DNA of 64,000 bases from Pirellulales bacterium (GTDB lineage: Bacteria; Planctomycetota; Planctomycetia; Pirellulales; JAEUIK01), in contig JBFXAH010000001.1 of NCBI GenBank assembly GCA_050184475.1, positions 59,604-123,603 of the forward strand, given 5' to 3'. This document shows, in pieces, positions 1 through 7,837 of the stretch. The notes beneath the pieces are model-generated. The model did not search any database. It was not told the DNA's origin and saw nothing but the letters and a program-made list of their open reading frames with translations. Every line of letters begins with the position of its first letter. The first letter of the stretch is position 1. Both the position numbers and the translations under genes were made by a program.

Positions 1-2
1 GG

Positions 3-197
3 AGCTCCAATCAGCATCAGTTGACTACCGTGTTGTTGGCCGCGGGCGATTCGTTCGCGGTTCGCGCGCGCAGACAGATCAACCTGATCGGTATTGCGAT
101 GCCGGCGATCGCCTTTCTCGTCGTCGTCTGGTGTGCGTCGTTTTTGTATTCGGCGGCGTTCGGTCCGCTCAGGATGCTGTTCAACAACCTCATATAA
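3..197 (+). CDS. C-terminal fragment of a type II secretion / type IV pilus platform protein (GspF/PilC family); 5' end lies outside the window
   Basis: Frame 3 is open from the window edge to TAA at 195-197. The translation ...RARRQINLIGIAMPAIAFLVVVWCASFLYSAAFGPLRMLFNNLI* looks like the last TM helix and tail of a T2SS-F protein. It is absent from the ORF track because it has no long start-to-stop ORF in the window. Confidence 0.45.
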   Translation, partial: SSNQHQLTTVLLAAGDSFAVRARRQINLIGIAMPAIAFLVVVWCASFLYSAAFGPLRMLFNNLI

Positions 198-232
198 AAG
201 TACGGACTCAAAGCGACTCGACGCTCAATCGC

Positions 233-1483
233 ATGCTGTACGTAAGGCTCATCTCAGCTCTGGCGATCGTGCTGTTTGGCATCTTGCTGCTGATCGTCGG
301 CGGCGTGCGCCGCTCGCGGCGGCCTGCCAATAGTGCGGCCCGCGATGCCTTGAGCGTGATCGGCTTGATGGTCACGGCCGCCGCCGGGCTGGTGGTGCTC
401 GCCTTTGGGTTGGCGGCCACCGCGCCCCCCGTGGCGTTTTTCCTCTTTTTTGCCGTGATCTTCGTGGGGTTGTTGATCTTCTTTCGCCGCTGGCGGCTGC
501 GGAACGACGCCTTGCTGGGGCTGATGGCGTCGACCGTCGCGCGCGGATTGCCGCTCGAGTCGATGCTCGGCGCGCTGGCCTGCGATCCACAGTCGGGACT
601 GGGCCGACGAACCGAGCGCCTGACCGCGCTCTTAAAGTCGGGAGTCCCCTTGCCCGACGCCTTGTGGCGCGTGCCCGGCCTGGTTCCCAACTATGCCGTG
701 CTGGCGGCCCGGTGCGGGCAGGTCACGGGGCGCTTGGGGCAGGCGCTGCACGATGCCGCCGACCAGCGGACGCGACGGGGGGAAATCTTCGGCCCGATTA
801 TCGGTCGATTGGCCGTGCTGGTCGGGACCGTCGTGGTGGGGATGACGATCAGCGTGCTGTGGGCCAGGTTTGTTGTGCCCAAGATCGAGCTTCTTTTCGA
901 GGACTTCGAAATCAGTTTGCCCGCCCTGGTCGAGTTTTGCCTGTGGGTGGGGGAGTCGGCCGCGGTGCTGCTGCCGGTGGTACCGCTGCTCTTGCTGGCT
1001 CTGCTGTATGGCCTGGCCGTGTATATCGGCATGCCGAATATCATTCCGCTCGGTCCGCTGCGGCGCAATTGGGAGACCGGTCCGCTGCTGCGCAACCTGG
1101 CGCTGTTTGCCGAGTCGGGTCAGTCGATGGTGACCGCGCTCGATCTGCTGGGGCACGAGCACTCCAGCCTTTGGATGCGCCGGCGGCTGATTGCCGCGGC
1201 GCAGCGCATGGATGCCGGACTGCCGCTGGGCGTCGCCCTGCGCAAGTCGCGATTGCTCAGTCGCACGAACGCCGCGCTCGTGGCGGCGGCCGAGCAGGCA
1301 GGCAATCTCGCTTGGGGGCTGCGCACCGTCGCCGAGAGCAGCGAGCGGCGGCTGGCCTATCGCTGGAACGCCGTGGCCCAAGTCTGTTTGCCGATCGCGA
1401 CCATCGCCGTCGGACTCTTCGTATTCATCGTCGCCATGGCCCAGTTTCTCCCGTTAGTGAAGCTCGTGGAGAGCTGTTTATGA
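233..1483 (+). CDS. Type II secretion system F family (GspF/PilC-like) inner-membrane platform protein
   Basis: Track ORF 131..1483. I prefer the ATG at 233, 36 nt after the upstream stop. Two T2SS-F-type helical domains (LLGLMASTVARGLPLESMLGAL... and LLRNLALFAESGQSMVTALDLL...) are each followed by hydrophobic TM segments. The C-terminal TM ends ...FIVAMAQFLPLVKLVES. Confidence 0.8.
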   Translation: MLYVRLISALAIVLFGILLLIVGGVRRSRRPANSAARDALSVIGLMVTAAAGLVVLAFGLAATAPPVAFFLFFAVIFVGLLIFFRRWRLRNDALLGLMASTVARGLPLESMLGALACDPQSGLGRRTERLTALLKSGVPLPDALWRVPGLVPNYAVLAARCGQVTGRLGQALHDAADQRTRRGEIFGPIIGRLAVLVGTVVVGMTISVLWARFVVPKIELLFEDFEISLPALVEFCLWVGESAAVLLPVVPLLLLALLYGLAVYIGMPNIIPLGPLRRNWETGPLLRNLALFAESGQSMVTALDLLGHEHSSLWMRRRLIAAAQRMDAGLPLGVALRKSRLLSRTNAALVAAAEQAGNLAWGLRTVAESSERRLAYRWNAVAQVCLPIATIAVGLFVFIVAMAQFLPLVKLVESCL

Positions 1484-1977
1484 ACGCGACGCGTACGCGT
1501 CTCTCGCGACATTTCCGCCACGCTCGGGCCCGCAGCGGCTATCTGCTGCTCGAGGTGGCCACGTCGGCCGTGTTGCTGACCACGCTCTTGCTGGTGGTCA
1601 CCAGCGCGGTGCGCATGCGGTTGGCGGCGCAGCGGCACGCCGACGAGCGCCAGGTTGCCCGCCAGGAAGCGGTCAATCTCATGGAGCGATTAACGGCCCA
1701 ATTGCCGGGCGGCGCCGTCGCGGCAACTGAGGCGGCCGAGAGCACCGCGGGCGAGCCGCCGTCGGACGCTGATCGCGCCGGCGAGGTGCAGCTTTCCGAC
1801 GTCGCCCGCCAGATGCTCCCCGATGCCCGGCTGCGCGTCGATATTTCTCCCGGCGACTACGGGCTGCAGCGGGTGTCGATCGAAATCGACTGGCAACTTC
1901 GCTCAGGGGATCGGAGTGGGCCCGTGCGACTAGTCTCGTGGCGTCGGGCCGCCACGGACAGCGAGGAGATGCCATGA
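1480..1977 (+). CDS. Pseudopilin-like protein with a prepilin-type N-terminal cleavage/methylation motif
   Basis: In-frame distal part of track ORF 664..1977. The ATG at 1480 overlaps the upstream TGA (ATGA at 1480-1483). The N-terminus ...RSG|YLLLEVATSAVLLTTLLLVV has Gly-aromatic, Glu at +5 and a hydrophobic helix. Confidence 0.6.
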   Translation: MNATRTRLSRHFRHARARSGYLLLEVATSAVLLTTLLLVVTSAVRMRLAAQRHADERQVARQEAVNLMERLTAQLPGGAVAATEAAESTAGEPPSDADRAGEVQLSDVARQMLPDARLRVDISPGDYGLQRVSIEIDWQLRSGDRSGPVRLVSWRRAATDSEEMP

Positions 1978-2621
1978 AGCTACATCTAGGAAGAAGCTGC
2001 CGCACTGGCCTCGGCCGCCGCCGGGGCATGTCGCTCGTCGAAGTGATCGTAGCCGCGGGAATGGGGGCGATCATCGCCAGCCTGGCGGTGACCGCGCTGG
2101 TCGTGGCCATCAAGAACAGCGACGCCGCGCACGAGCAACTGGCCCGGCAAGTCGAAGTCTCTCGGCTCGGTCGCCAGTTTCGTCGCGACGTGCATGCTGC
2201 CGTCGATGCGGCGCCGGGAACCGAGCCGCTGCTGGTAACGTTGACCGACGGAGAGCGGCGCATCGAGTACCAGCGCCGCGCGGATTCGCTCGAGCGTGTC
2301 GAATACGTCGACGACCAGCCGCGGCAGCGCGAAACCTATCGGATCGGGGCCGAAATGGCCGTGTTGATCGACACCGTGCCGTTGGGGTCTGGCCAACTGC
2401 TGCAGATGCACTTCGCGGCGCCGGCCCCCCAGGGTGTTGCTGATGTTCCCGCCGATCGAGTTGCCCTGTCGAGCGCCGTGGCGAAGAGCCTGGCGAGCGT
2501 TCGCTTCGAGGCCTGGCTGGGCCGCGATCGCCGGGGCGAGGGACACCCAGTTTTGGCGCGCGACCCGGCGCGCGAGCCCAGTTCGCCTGCCGATCAAGCG
2601 GCCACGGAGGAATCGCGATGA
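1974..2621 (+). CDS. Pseudopilin-like protein with a prepilin-type N-terminus
   Basis: Part of track ORF 1938..2621. The ATG at 1974 overlaps the preceding TGA (ATGA at 1974-1977). The N-terminus ...RRRG|[21 protein letters not shown] has Glu at +5. Confidence 0.6.
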   Translation: MKLHLGRSCRTGLGRRRGMSLVEVIVAAGMGAIIASLAVTALVVAIKNSDAAHEQLARQVEVSRLGRQFRRDVHAAVDAAPGTEPLLVTLTDGERRIEYQRRADSLERVEYVDDQPRQRETYRIGAEMAVLIDTVPLGSGQLLQMHFAAPAPQGVADVPADRVALSSAVAKSLASVRFEAWLGRDRRGEGHPVLARDPAREPSSPADQAATEESR

Positions 2622-3037
2622 AGGGGTCCCGGCAAACATTGCGTCGCCGCGGCGCGACGACGATCTTTCTGGTCGTCTCGCTGGCCGTTTTGGGGGTGGT
2701 CTGCGCGGCGACCTTTCAAGCGATTGCGCTGCGGCAGCGGCTCGCTCGTCACGAGCAGTATCGCGATCAGGCGTGGTGGCTGGCCGAAGCGGGATTGGAA
2801 CGAGCGTTAGCCCGGCTGCAAGTCGAGCCGAGCTACACCAGCGAAACCTGGCACATCTCGGCGACGGAGCTCGGTGGCGCGAGCGACGCCCTGGTGACTG
2901 TGCAAGTGCATGCCGTGGGCGAAGAATCCGGCCGCCGCGAGGTCGTGGCCGTGGCCGACTATCCAGTGGGGGCCGGGGCCGTGCGACAGACTCGGAGACT
3001 ATCCTTAAAACAACAGCCCGAAGGGAATCACCCATGA
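2618..3037 (+). CDS. Minor pseudopilin-like protein (GspK/PilX-like; N-terminal helix lacks Glu+5)
   Basis: Track ORF 2618..3037. Its ATG overlaps the preceding TGA (ATGA at 2618-2621). The N-terminus RRRG|[16 protein letters not shown] is followed by ...[17 protein letters not shown], as in PilX/GspK-type N-terminal regions. Confidence 0.5.
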   Translation: MKGSRQTLRRRGATTIFLVVSLAVLGVVCAATFQAIALRQRLARHEQYRDQAWWLAEAGLERALARLQVEPSYTSETWHISATELGGASDALVTVQVHAVGEESGRREVVAVADYPVGAGAVRQTRRLSLKQQPEGNHP

Positions 3038-4401
3038 GTAGCGGCCTCTGCTCCAATCGCGTCTCCGCGGCTTGCGGCGATCAACAAGAAAACCCGTGGC
3101 GCCCGCGGTGGGCGACGGCCAACGGTGGCTTTACGCTCGTCGAATTGCTGGTGGTGATCGCCATTATCGGGGTGCTCATCGCGCTGACCTTGCCGGCAGT
3201 CAACGCCGCCCGCGAGGCAGGCCGCCGCGTGGTGTGCCGCAATAACCTGATGCAAATCTCCATTGCCTTGCAGCACTACAGCTCGAATGTCGACGTGCTG
3301 CCGCCGGGAACCATCAATCCGACGGGGCCGATCAAGAACGAACCTCGGGGAAATCACATCAGCTGGATCGCCCAGATCCTGCCGCAGCTTGGTCAACAGG
3401 CGGTCGCCCGGCACGTCAATCTGAAGGCAGGCGCCTACGCGCCCGAGAATCTGCCGGCGGCCAAACTAGTGATTTCGACGTTGAACTGCCCTTCGGAGAT
3501 GTTGTCTTGGTCCGACGAAGGGCGGGCGCTATCGTCGTACGCCGGCTGCCACAACGACGTCGAAGCCCCCATCGACGTGACGAACAACGGCGTGATGTTT
3601 CTGAATAGCCACGTGCGCGATCAGGATCTTCTCGACGGCGCGTCGTACACGCTGTTCGTCGGCGAAAAGCGCAACGAGCCCAACGATCTGGGTTGGCTTT
3701 CCGGCACTCGCGCCACGCTGCGCAACACGGGCACCGTGATCAATGCCACGCCGGCCAGGGGGCCCGCGGCAGCGGGCGTCGAGCTGATTCTGCCGCCCCC
3801 TCCGCCGCTGCCAGGCACGAGCAAAGACGAGGCGCCCGCCGACGCTCCGGCAGAATCAAACGACTCGCCCGGCGACGAGCTCGACGAGCCGGCGACCGAT
3901 GACGAAGGTTCTGGCGACGTCTCGATCGCGCCAGAGGCCGACGACAGCGTGACCGACGAGGCCGATGCCACGACCGAGGGGGATGCCTCGACCGCGGGGG
4001 CCGAGACGCCCGCCGACACCGACACCGGTGCGAGCGACGAAGCGAGCGACGAAGCGAGTGACGAAGCGAGTGACGTAGGCGACGCCGCCGACGCCGCATT
4101 GGAAGAAGCCGACGAGCCGGCGGACGAAGATTTGCTCGACTGGTCGTCGCCGGCCGAGAATCGCGAGGCGCCCTTGCGCACGCCCGAGCAAATTGCCGCC
4201 GCCGAAGCGATCTGGGCCTTGCTCGAAGACCCGCTCTACGTGGGGGGCTTCGGCAGCCCGCACAGCGGCGGAGCCAACTTCGTGTTTGGCGACGGCTCGG
4301 TGCGGTTTCTGAGCGATTCGATCGACCATCGTGCCTTCGAGCAGCTCGGCAACCGCGCCGATGGCAAGTTGCCGCTGCCGGGCATGCAGAGCGAACACTG
4401 A
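3034..4401 (+). CDS. DUF1559 domain protein (planctomycete prepilin-like family) with an internal acidic low-complexity insertion
   Basis: Distal part of track ORF 2434..4401. The ATG at 3034 overlaps the preceding TGA (ATGA at 3034-3037). It has the N-terminal GG|[33 protein letters not shown] signature and the C-terminal [26 protein letters not shown] signature of the family. Confidence 0.85.
   Translation: MSSGLCSNRVSAACGDQQENPWRPRWATANGGFTLVELLVVIAIIGVLIALTLPAVNAAREAGRRVVCRNNLMQISIALQHYSSNVDVLPPGTINPTGPIKNEPRGNHISWIAQILPQLGQQAVARHVNLKAGAYAPENLPAAKLVISTLNCPSEMLSWSDEGRALSSYAGCHNDVEAPIDVTNNGVMFLNSHVRDQDLLDGASYTLFVGEKRNEPNDLGWLSGTRATLRNTGTVINATPARGPAAAGVELILPPPPPLPGTSKDEAPADAPAESNDSPGDELDEPATDDEGSGDVSIAPEADDSVTDEADATTEGDASTAGAETPADTDTGASDEASDEASDEASDVGDAADAALEEADEPADEDLLDWSSPAENREAPLRTPEQIAAAEAIWALLEDPLYVGGFGSPHSGGANFVFGDGSVRFLSDSIDHRAFEQLGNRADGKLPLPGMQSEH
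4030..4077 (+). repeat. 12-nt tandem repeat x4 (gcgagcgacgaa / gcgagtgacgaa) encoding (ASDE)n
   Basis: Read directly: gcgagcgacgaa gcgagcgacgaa gcgagtgacgaa gcgagtgacgta. It lies inside the acidic insertion of the DUF1559 CDS. Confidence 0.9.
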
Positions 4402-6330
4402 TTAGCGCTCGTCAGGCGACGGAGCGGCGGGCGTGTCGAGCAGTTCCACAAATCGGCCCGGCCCGGAGCCGTCGCGCAAGCGATTGGGCCGCGACCACTC
4501 GATGTGCGCGATAAAGACGCTCCCTTTGGCGCCGCGTCGGCGAGCATCTTCGTTCCAGACCCCTTCGCCGACGGTCACCCAACTTTCCTCGGGCGACACG
4601 GCATTGGCGCCGAAGTTGCCCAACTCGCCGCCGCGCTCGGGAATCACCACCTTCTCCGAGCCGCGGATCGCGCGCAAGGTCGCTGTATCGACTCGGGCCA
4701 AGAACAACGGTGCGCGATGCCGGACGATGTGGTCGTTGTTCGCTCCGCGCCGCGTGTAGACGAGGAACAGCCCATCGCTATGCACGAGCCAGTGCTGCTG
4801 CGTGTTGTAGCTGCCAAGCTCGCCGCCGTCGTCGAACAGCCAGGGGGTGATCGGCGCGTAATTCAGCCCGTCGTCACTGGTGGTCACATAGCCCCGCAAG
4901 TCGTTGCGCAAGGTGAGGTAATAACGGCCGCGATAGCGGGCCAGCGACGGCTCGCAGAGCCCGCGAACTTCCGATAATTCGAGCGTCGCCCCGGGTTCGA
5001 TCAAGGTCAGCTTCTGACCGTCGAACGCACAGCGCAGCACGCTTGCCGAATAGGCCTCACCGGCAGGGCCTTTGTGGTAGATCGGCAGCAGGATGTGGCC
5101 GTCGGTATCGTCGACGATCCACTGCGCGCAGCCGGGGGTCGCCAGATGGAACTTCTCCGGCTCGTCGGGCAAATCAAGGATTCGCCATTCGGACCATTCG
5201 CCCTGCTGCTTGGGCGAGTAGACGGCGTACGCGATCTGATGCGCATACGGTGCGCTGGTGAGTTGCTTGCCGGCGTCGTCGTAGAGAATCTTGGCGCCGA
5301 TGGCCAACACCTTGCCCGACGGGGCATGATAGCCGGGCGTGACGTCGCAAACGGCAATCGTCGCGCCGGAGTCGTCCTTGCGCCAGGCCAGCGAAGCCAC
5401 GGGCGATGGCGGCGACCATCCGGCGTCGGTCCGAGTCATCGTGCCCAACCCATCGTAGTGGTCGGAGACCATCAGGTGTTTTTGCAGGGTGATTAGCTGC
5501 ACGCAGGCCCGCGGGGTTTTCGGATCTGGAAACACCGTGGCCCGAGGGTGATACCACAAGAACTCGCCGTCGTCGTGCGAAAGTAGTTCTTCAAGGCGCA
5601 CTTCGAAATCAATCGAGGGACCTTTCGCGCGATCGACCGCGTCCGCGACCGAGTCGAACATTTCGGCCGCAATCCGGGCGTGTCCCGTCGGGTTGGGGTG
5701 ATATCCGTCGGTTGTCCAGGCTTCGATCGATTGCCCCGCTTGCATGGCGCGAAACCAATCGAAGTAATTGTCGACGAAGTCGACATCGTGCCGCGCGGCG
5801 ACGCCGAGGCAGTACGCCATAAACAACTCCAGCCGCACGTTGCCGTGCTCGCCGAGTCCGTTGGCTGGCGACTTCGCGGCGTAGCATGGTTCGGTCATCA
5901 GGATCGGCTCGGCGCCAGCCGCGCGGACGCGCCGCACGAGCTCCGTCAGGTTCCGTTCGTAGTCTTCGACCGAAAGTCGGCTGGCCTGCTTCCCGGCATC
6001 GACCCAGCAGTCGTTCGTGCCATACATGATGACGACGATTTGGGGATGCACGGGCAGCACGTCGCGATCGAGCCGCGCCAGCGCGCCGGCCGTGGTTTCG
6101 CCGCCAACGCCCTGGTTAACGACGCGGACATCGCGCCCCGAATCGATCAGCTTCTTCTCGAGCAGATGCGCAAAGGTCTGCTCGGCGGTGACCCCCGGGC
6201 GCGTGCCGCGAGTGATCGAATCGCCCAGCGCCACGATCGTGGTCGGCTTGTTCGTCGACGGCTCGTCGGCCGACACCACGAGCGGTGCCCAAAGCATTAG
6301 TAGAAACAGCAAGGGGCGACGGCAAACCAT
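4402..6330 (-). CDS. Secreted SGNH/GDSL hydrolase fused to a sialidase-like (BNR-poor beta-propeller) C-terminal domain
   Basis: Signal-peptide-like N-terminus MVCRRPLLFLLMLWAPLVVSADE. SGNH blocks are present: VALGDSITRG, MYGTNDC and DGYHPN. The ~400-aa C-terminal region is beta-rich and resembles exo-alpha-sialidase-like proteins; that call is from memory and is less certain. Confidence 0.7.
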   Translation of the reverse strand: MVCRRPLLFLLMLWAPLVVSADEPSTNKPTTIVALGDSITRGTRPGVTAEQTFAHLLEKKLIDSGRDVRVVNQGVGGETTAGALARLDRDVLPVHPQIVVIMYGTNDCWVDAGKQASRLSVEDYERNLTELVRRVRAAGAEPILMTEPCYAAKSPANGLGEHGNVRLELFMAYCLGVAARHDVDFVDNYFDWFRAMQAGQSIEAWTTDGYHPNPTGHARIAAEMFDSVADAVDRAKGPSIDFEVRLEELLSHDDGEFLWYHPRATVFPDPKTPRACVQLITLQKHLMVSDHYDGLGTMTRTDAGWSPPSPVASLAWRKDDSGATIAVCDVTPGYHAPSGKVLAIGAKILYDDAGKQLTSAPYAHQIAYAVYSPKQQGEWSEWRILDLPDEPEKFHLATPGCAQWIVDDTDGHILLPIYHKGPAGEAYSASVLRCAFDGQKLTLIEPGATLELSEVRGLCEPSLARYRGRYYLTLRNDLRGYVTTSDDGLNYAPITPWLFDDGGELGSYNTQQHWLVHSDGLFLVYTRRGANNDHIVRHRAPLFLARVDTATLRAIRGSEKVVIPERGGELGNFGANAVSPEESWVTVGEGVWNEDARRRGAKGSVFIAHIEWSRPNRLRDGSGPGRFVELLDTPAAPSPDER

Positions 6331-6351
6331 GGCGGGTGCTCCCCATGTTGT

Positions 6352-7728
6352 TCACGGATGGTCGGTCTGTTCGCCCAGGTGCACTCGATGTGTTTCGGCT
6401 GCCAGCCAGACCGAGACGAGCGTCACCGCGGCGAAACCTATCAGGTAGAGCGAAACGGGCCAGGGTCGCCCATCGGACCAATCGAGCAGCTTGACGCACA
6501 CCAGCGGGGCCAGCCCGCCCGCCAGCGGCGAGGCCAACTGGTAGCCGATCGACGCGCCGGTGTAGCGCACCTCGGTGCCGAACAGTTCCGAGAGAAACGC
6601 GGCCAACGGCGCGTACATCGCCGCATGGATCAACAACCCGATCACGATCGCCACGACCATCAAGGCGAGGTTTGTCGTATCGAACAACCAAAAGAAGGGA
6701 AAGGCGTATGCCGCCAGGGCGATCGCCCCCGCGAAAAAGACAGGTCTGCGGCCGACGCGGTCGGACAACAGGCCAAAGGCCGGAATCACGAAGAACTCGA
6801 TGCCCGAGGCCAGCAGCATGCCGTTGAGGATCGCATTGCGGCTCACGCCAAGCTGGTCGGTCGCGTAGCTGAGCACGAAGACCGTGAAGATGTAATAGCA
6901 ACCGTTTTCGGCGACGCGGGCGCCCATGGCCAGCAAGATGTTGCCCGGGTGCCGGCGGATGGCGGCCAAAAACGGGATGCCGGACTGCTGTTTCTGCACG
7001 CGCACCTTCTCGAACAGCGGACTTTCGAGCACCTGTAAGCGGATGAACATGCCGACCGCCAGTAGGGCGATCCCCACCAGAAACGGGATGCGCCAGCCCC
7101 AACTCATGAAGGCTGCTTCTGGCAGTTGACTGAAGAGCGTGAAGACGGCCGTAGCCAGCAACATGCCGGCCGGCACGCCCGCTTGCACCCAACTGGCGTA
7201 CAGGCCACGGCGTCCGCGATGGCCGTGCTCGACGACCATGAGCACGGCGCCACCCCACTCGCCGCCGACACCGAAACCTTGCACAAAGCGCAGGGCGATC
7301 AGCAATAGTGGCGCGGCGATGCCAATCTGCGAATAGGTCGGCAGCAGGCCGATCGAGAAAGTCGCCAGTCCCATCAACATCAGCGTGGTGACGAGCATCG
7401 ACTTGCGCCCGAGCCGATCGCCGAAGTGGCCGAACACCACGCCGCCGACTGGGCGGGCGAAGAAGCCGACGGCATAGGTCGCGAAGGCGGCGATCCGGCC
7501 GGCAGTCGGATCGAGCTCGGGAAAGAAAAGCTTGTCGAAGACCAGCGCCGCCGCGGTGCCGTACAGAAAAAAGTCGTACCACTCGATGGTCGTGCCCACC
7601 AGGCTGGCCAGCACGACGCGGTAGATCGACGTGTCGGAGACGGTTGTTGCGCTGCCGGCGGTGCCTGCGTCCGTCCGATTGCAACTCGGCGCGACGGTGG
7701 CACTCGGCGCAAGATCTTCGTTCAACAT
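6352..7728 (-). CDS. MFS transporter, metabolite:H+ symporter (MHS) family
   Basis: SLVGTTIEWYDFFLYGTAAALVFDKLFFP is the characteristic MHS N-terminal motif. GHFGDRLGRK is the MFS loop 2-3 motif. About 12 hydrophobic segments are present. The stop lies 21 nt upstream of the next gene's start on the same strand. Confidence 0.85.
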   Translation of the reverse strand: MLNEDLAPSATVAPSCNRTDAGTAGSATTVSDTSIYRVVLASLVGTTIEWYDFFLYGTAAALVFDKLFFPELDPTAGRIAAFATYAVGFFARPVGGVVFGHFGDRLGRKSMLVTTLMLMGLATFSIGLLPTYSQIGIAAPLLLIALRFVQGFGVGGEWGGAVLMVVEHGHRGRRGLYASWVQAGVPAGMLLATAVFTLFSQLPEAAFMSWGWRIPFLVGIALLAVGMFIRLQVLESPLFEKVRVQKQQSGIPFLAAIRRHPGNILLAMGARVAENGCYYIFTVFVLSYATDQLGVSRNAILNGMLLASGIEFFVIPAFGLLSDRVGRRPVFFAGAIALAAYAFPFFWLFDTTNLALMVVAIVIGLLIHAAMYAPLAAFLSELFGTEVRYTGASIGYQLASPLAGGLAPLVCVKLLDWSDGRPWPVSLYLIGFAAVTLVSVWLAAETHRVHLGEQTDHP

Positions 7729-7837
7729 GCCCCCGATTGTAGCGAGCCCGCTCTCGCAAAGCGCTGGCGGCCGGCAGCGCGGCGCGCGTGGAAGATTGCG
7801 GCACGTTGTCGCCGGCCCTCAGGAGAGCGCGGTGCTG

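Noticed and set aside
664-1479. Upstream parts of track ORFs 664..1977, 1938..2621 and 2434..4401, which would make much longer proteins
   Set aside because: These upstream portions overlap the preceding well-supported genes in another frame and are Arg/Ala-rich. In each case an ATG within an ATGA stop-start overlap gives a product that begins with a prepilin-type N-terminus.
6116-7804. 562-aa minus-strand ORF overlapping the MFS transporter in another frame
   Set aside because: Its translation is extremely Arg/Pro/Gly-rich with no TM segments. The 6352..7728 frame gives a canonical 12-TM MHS transporter.
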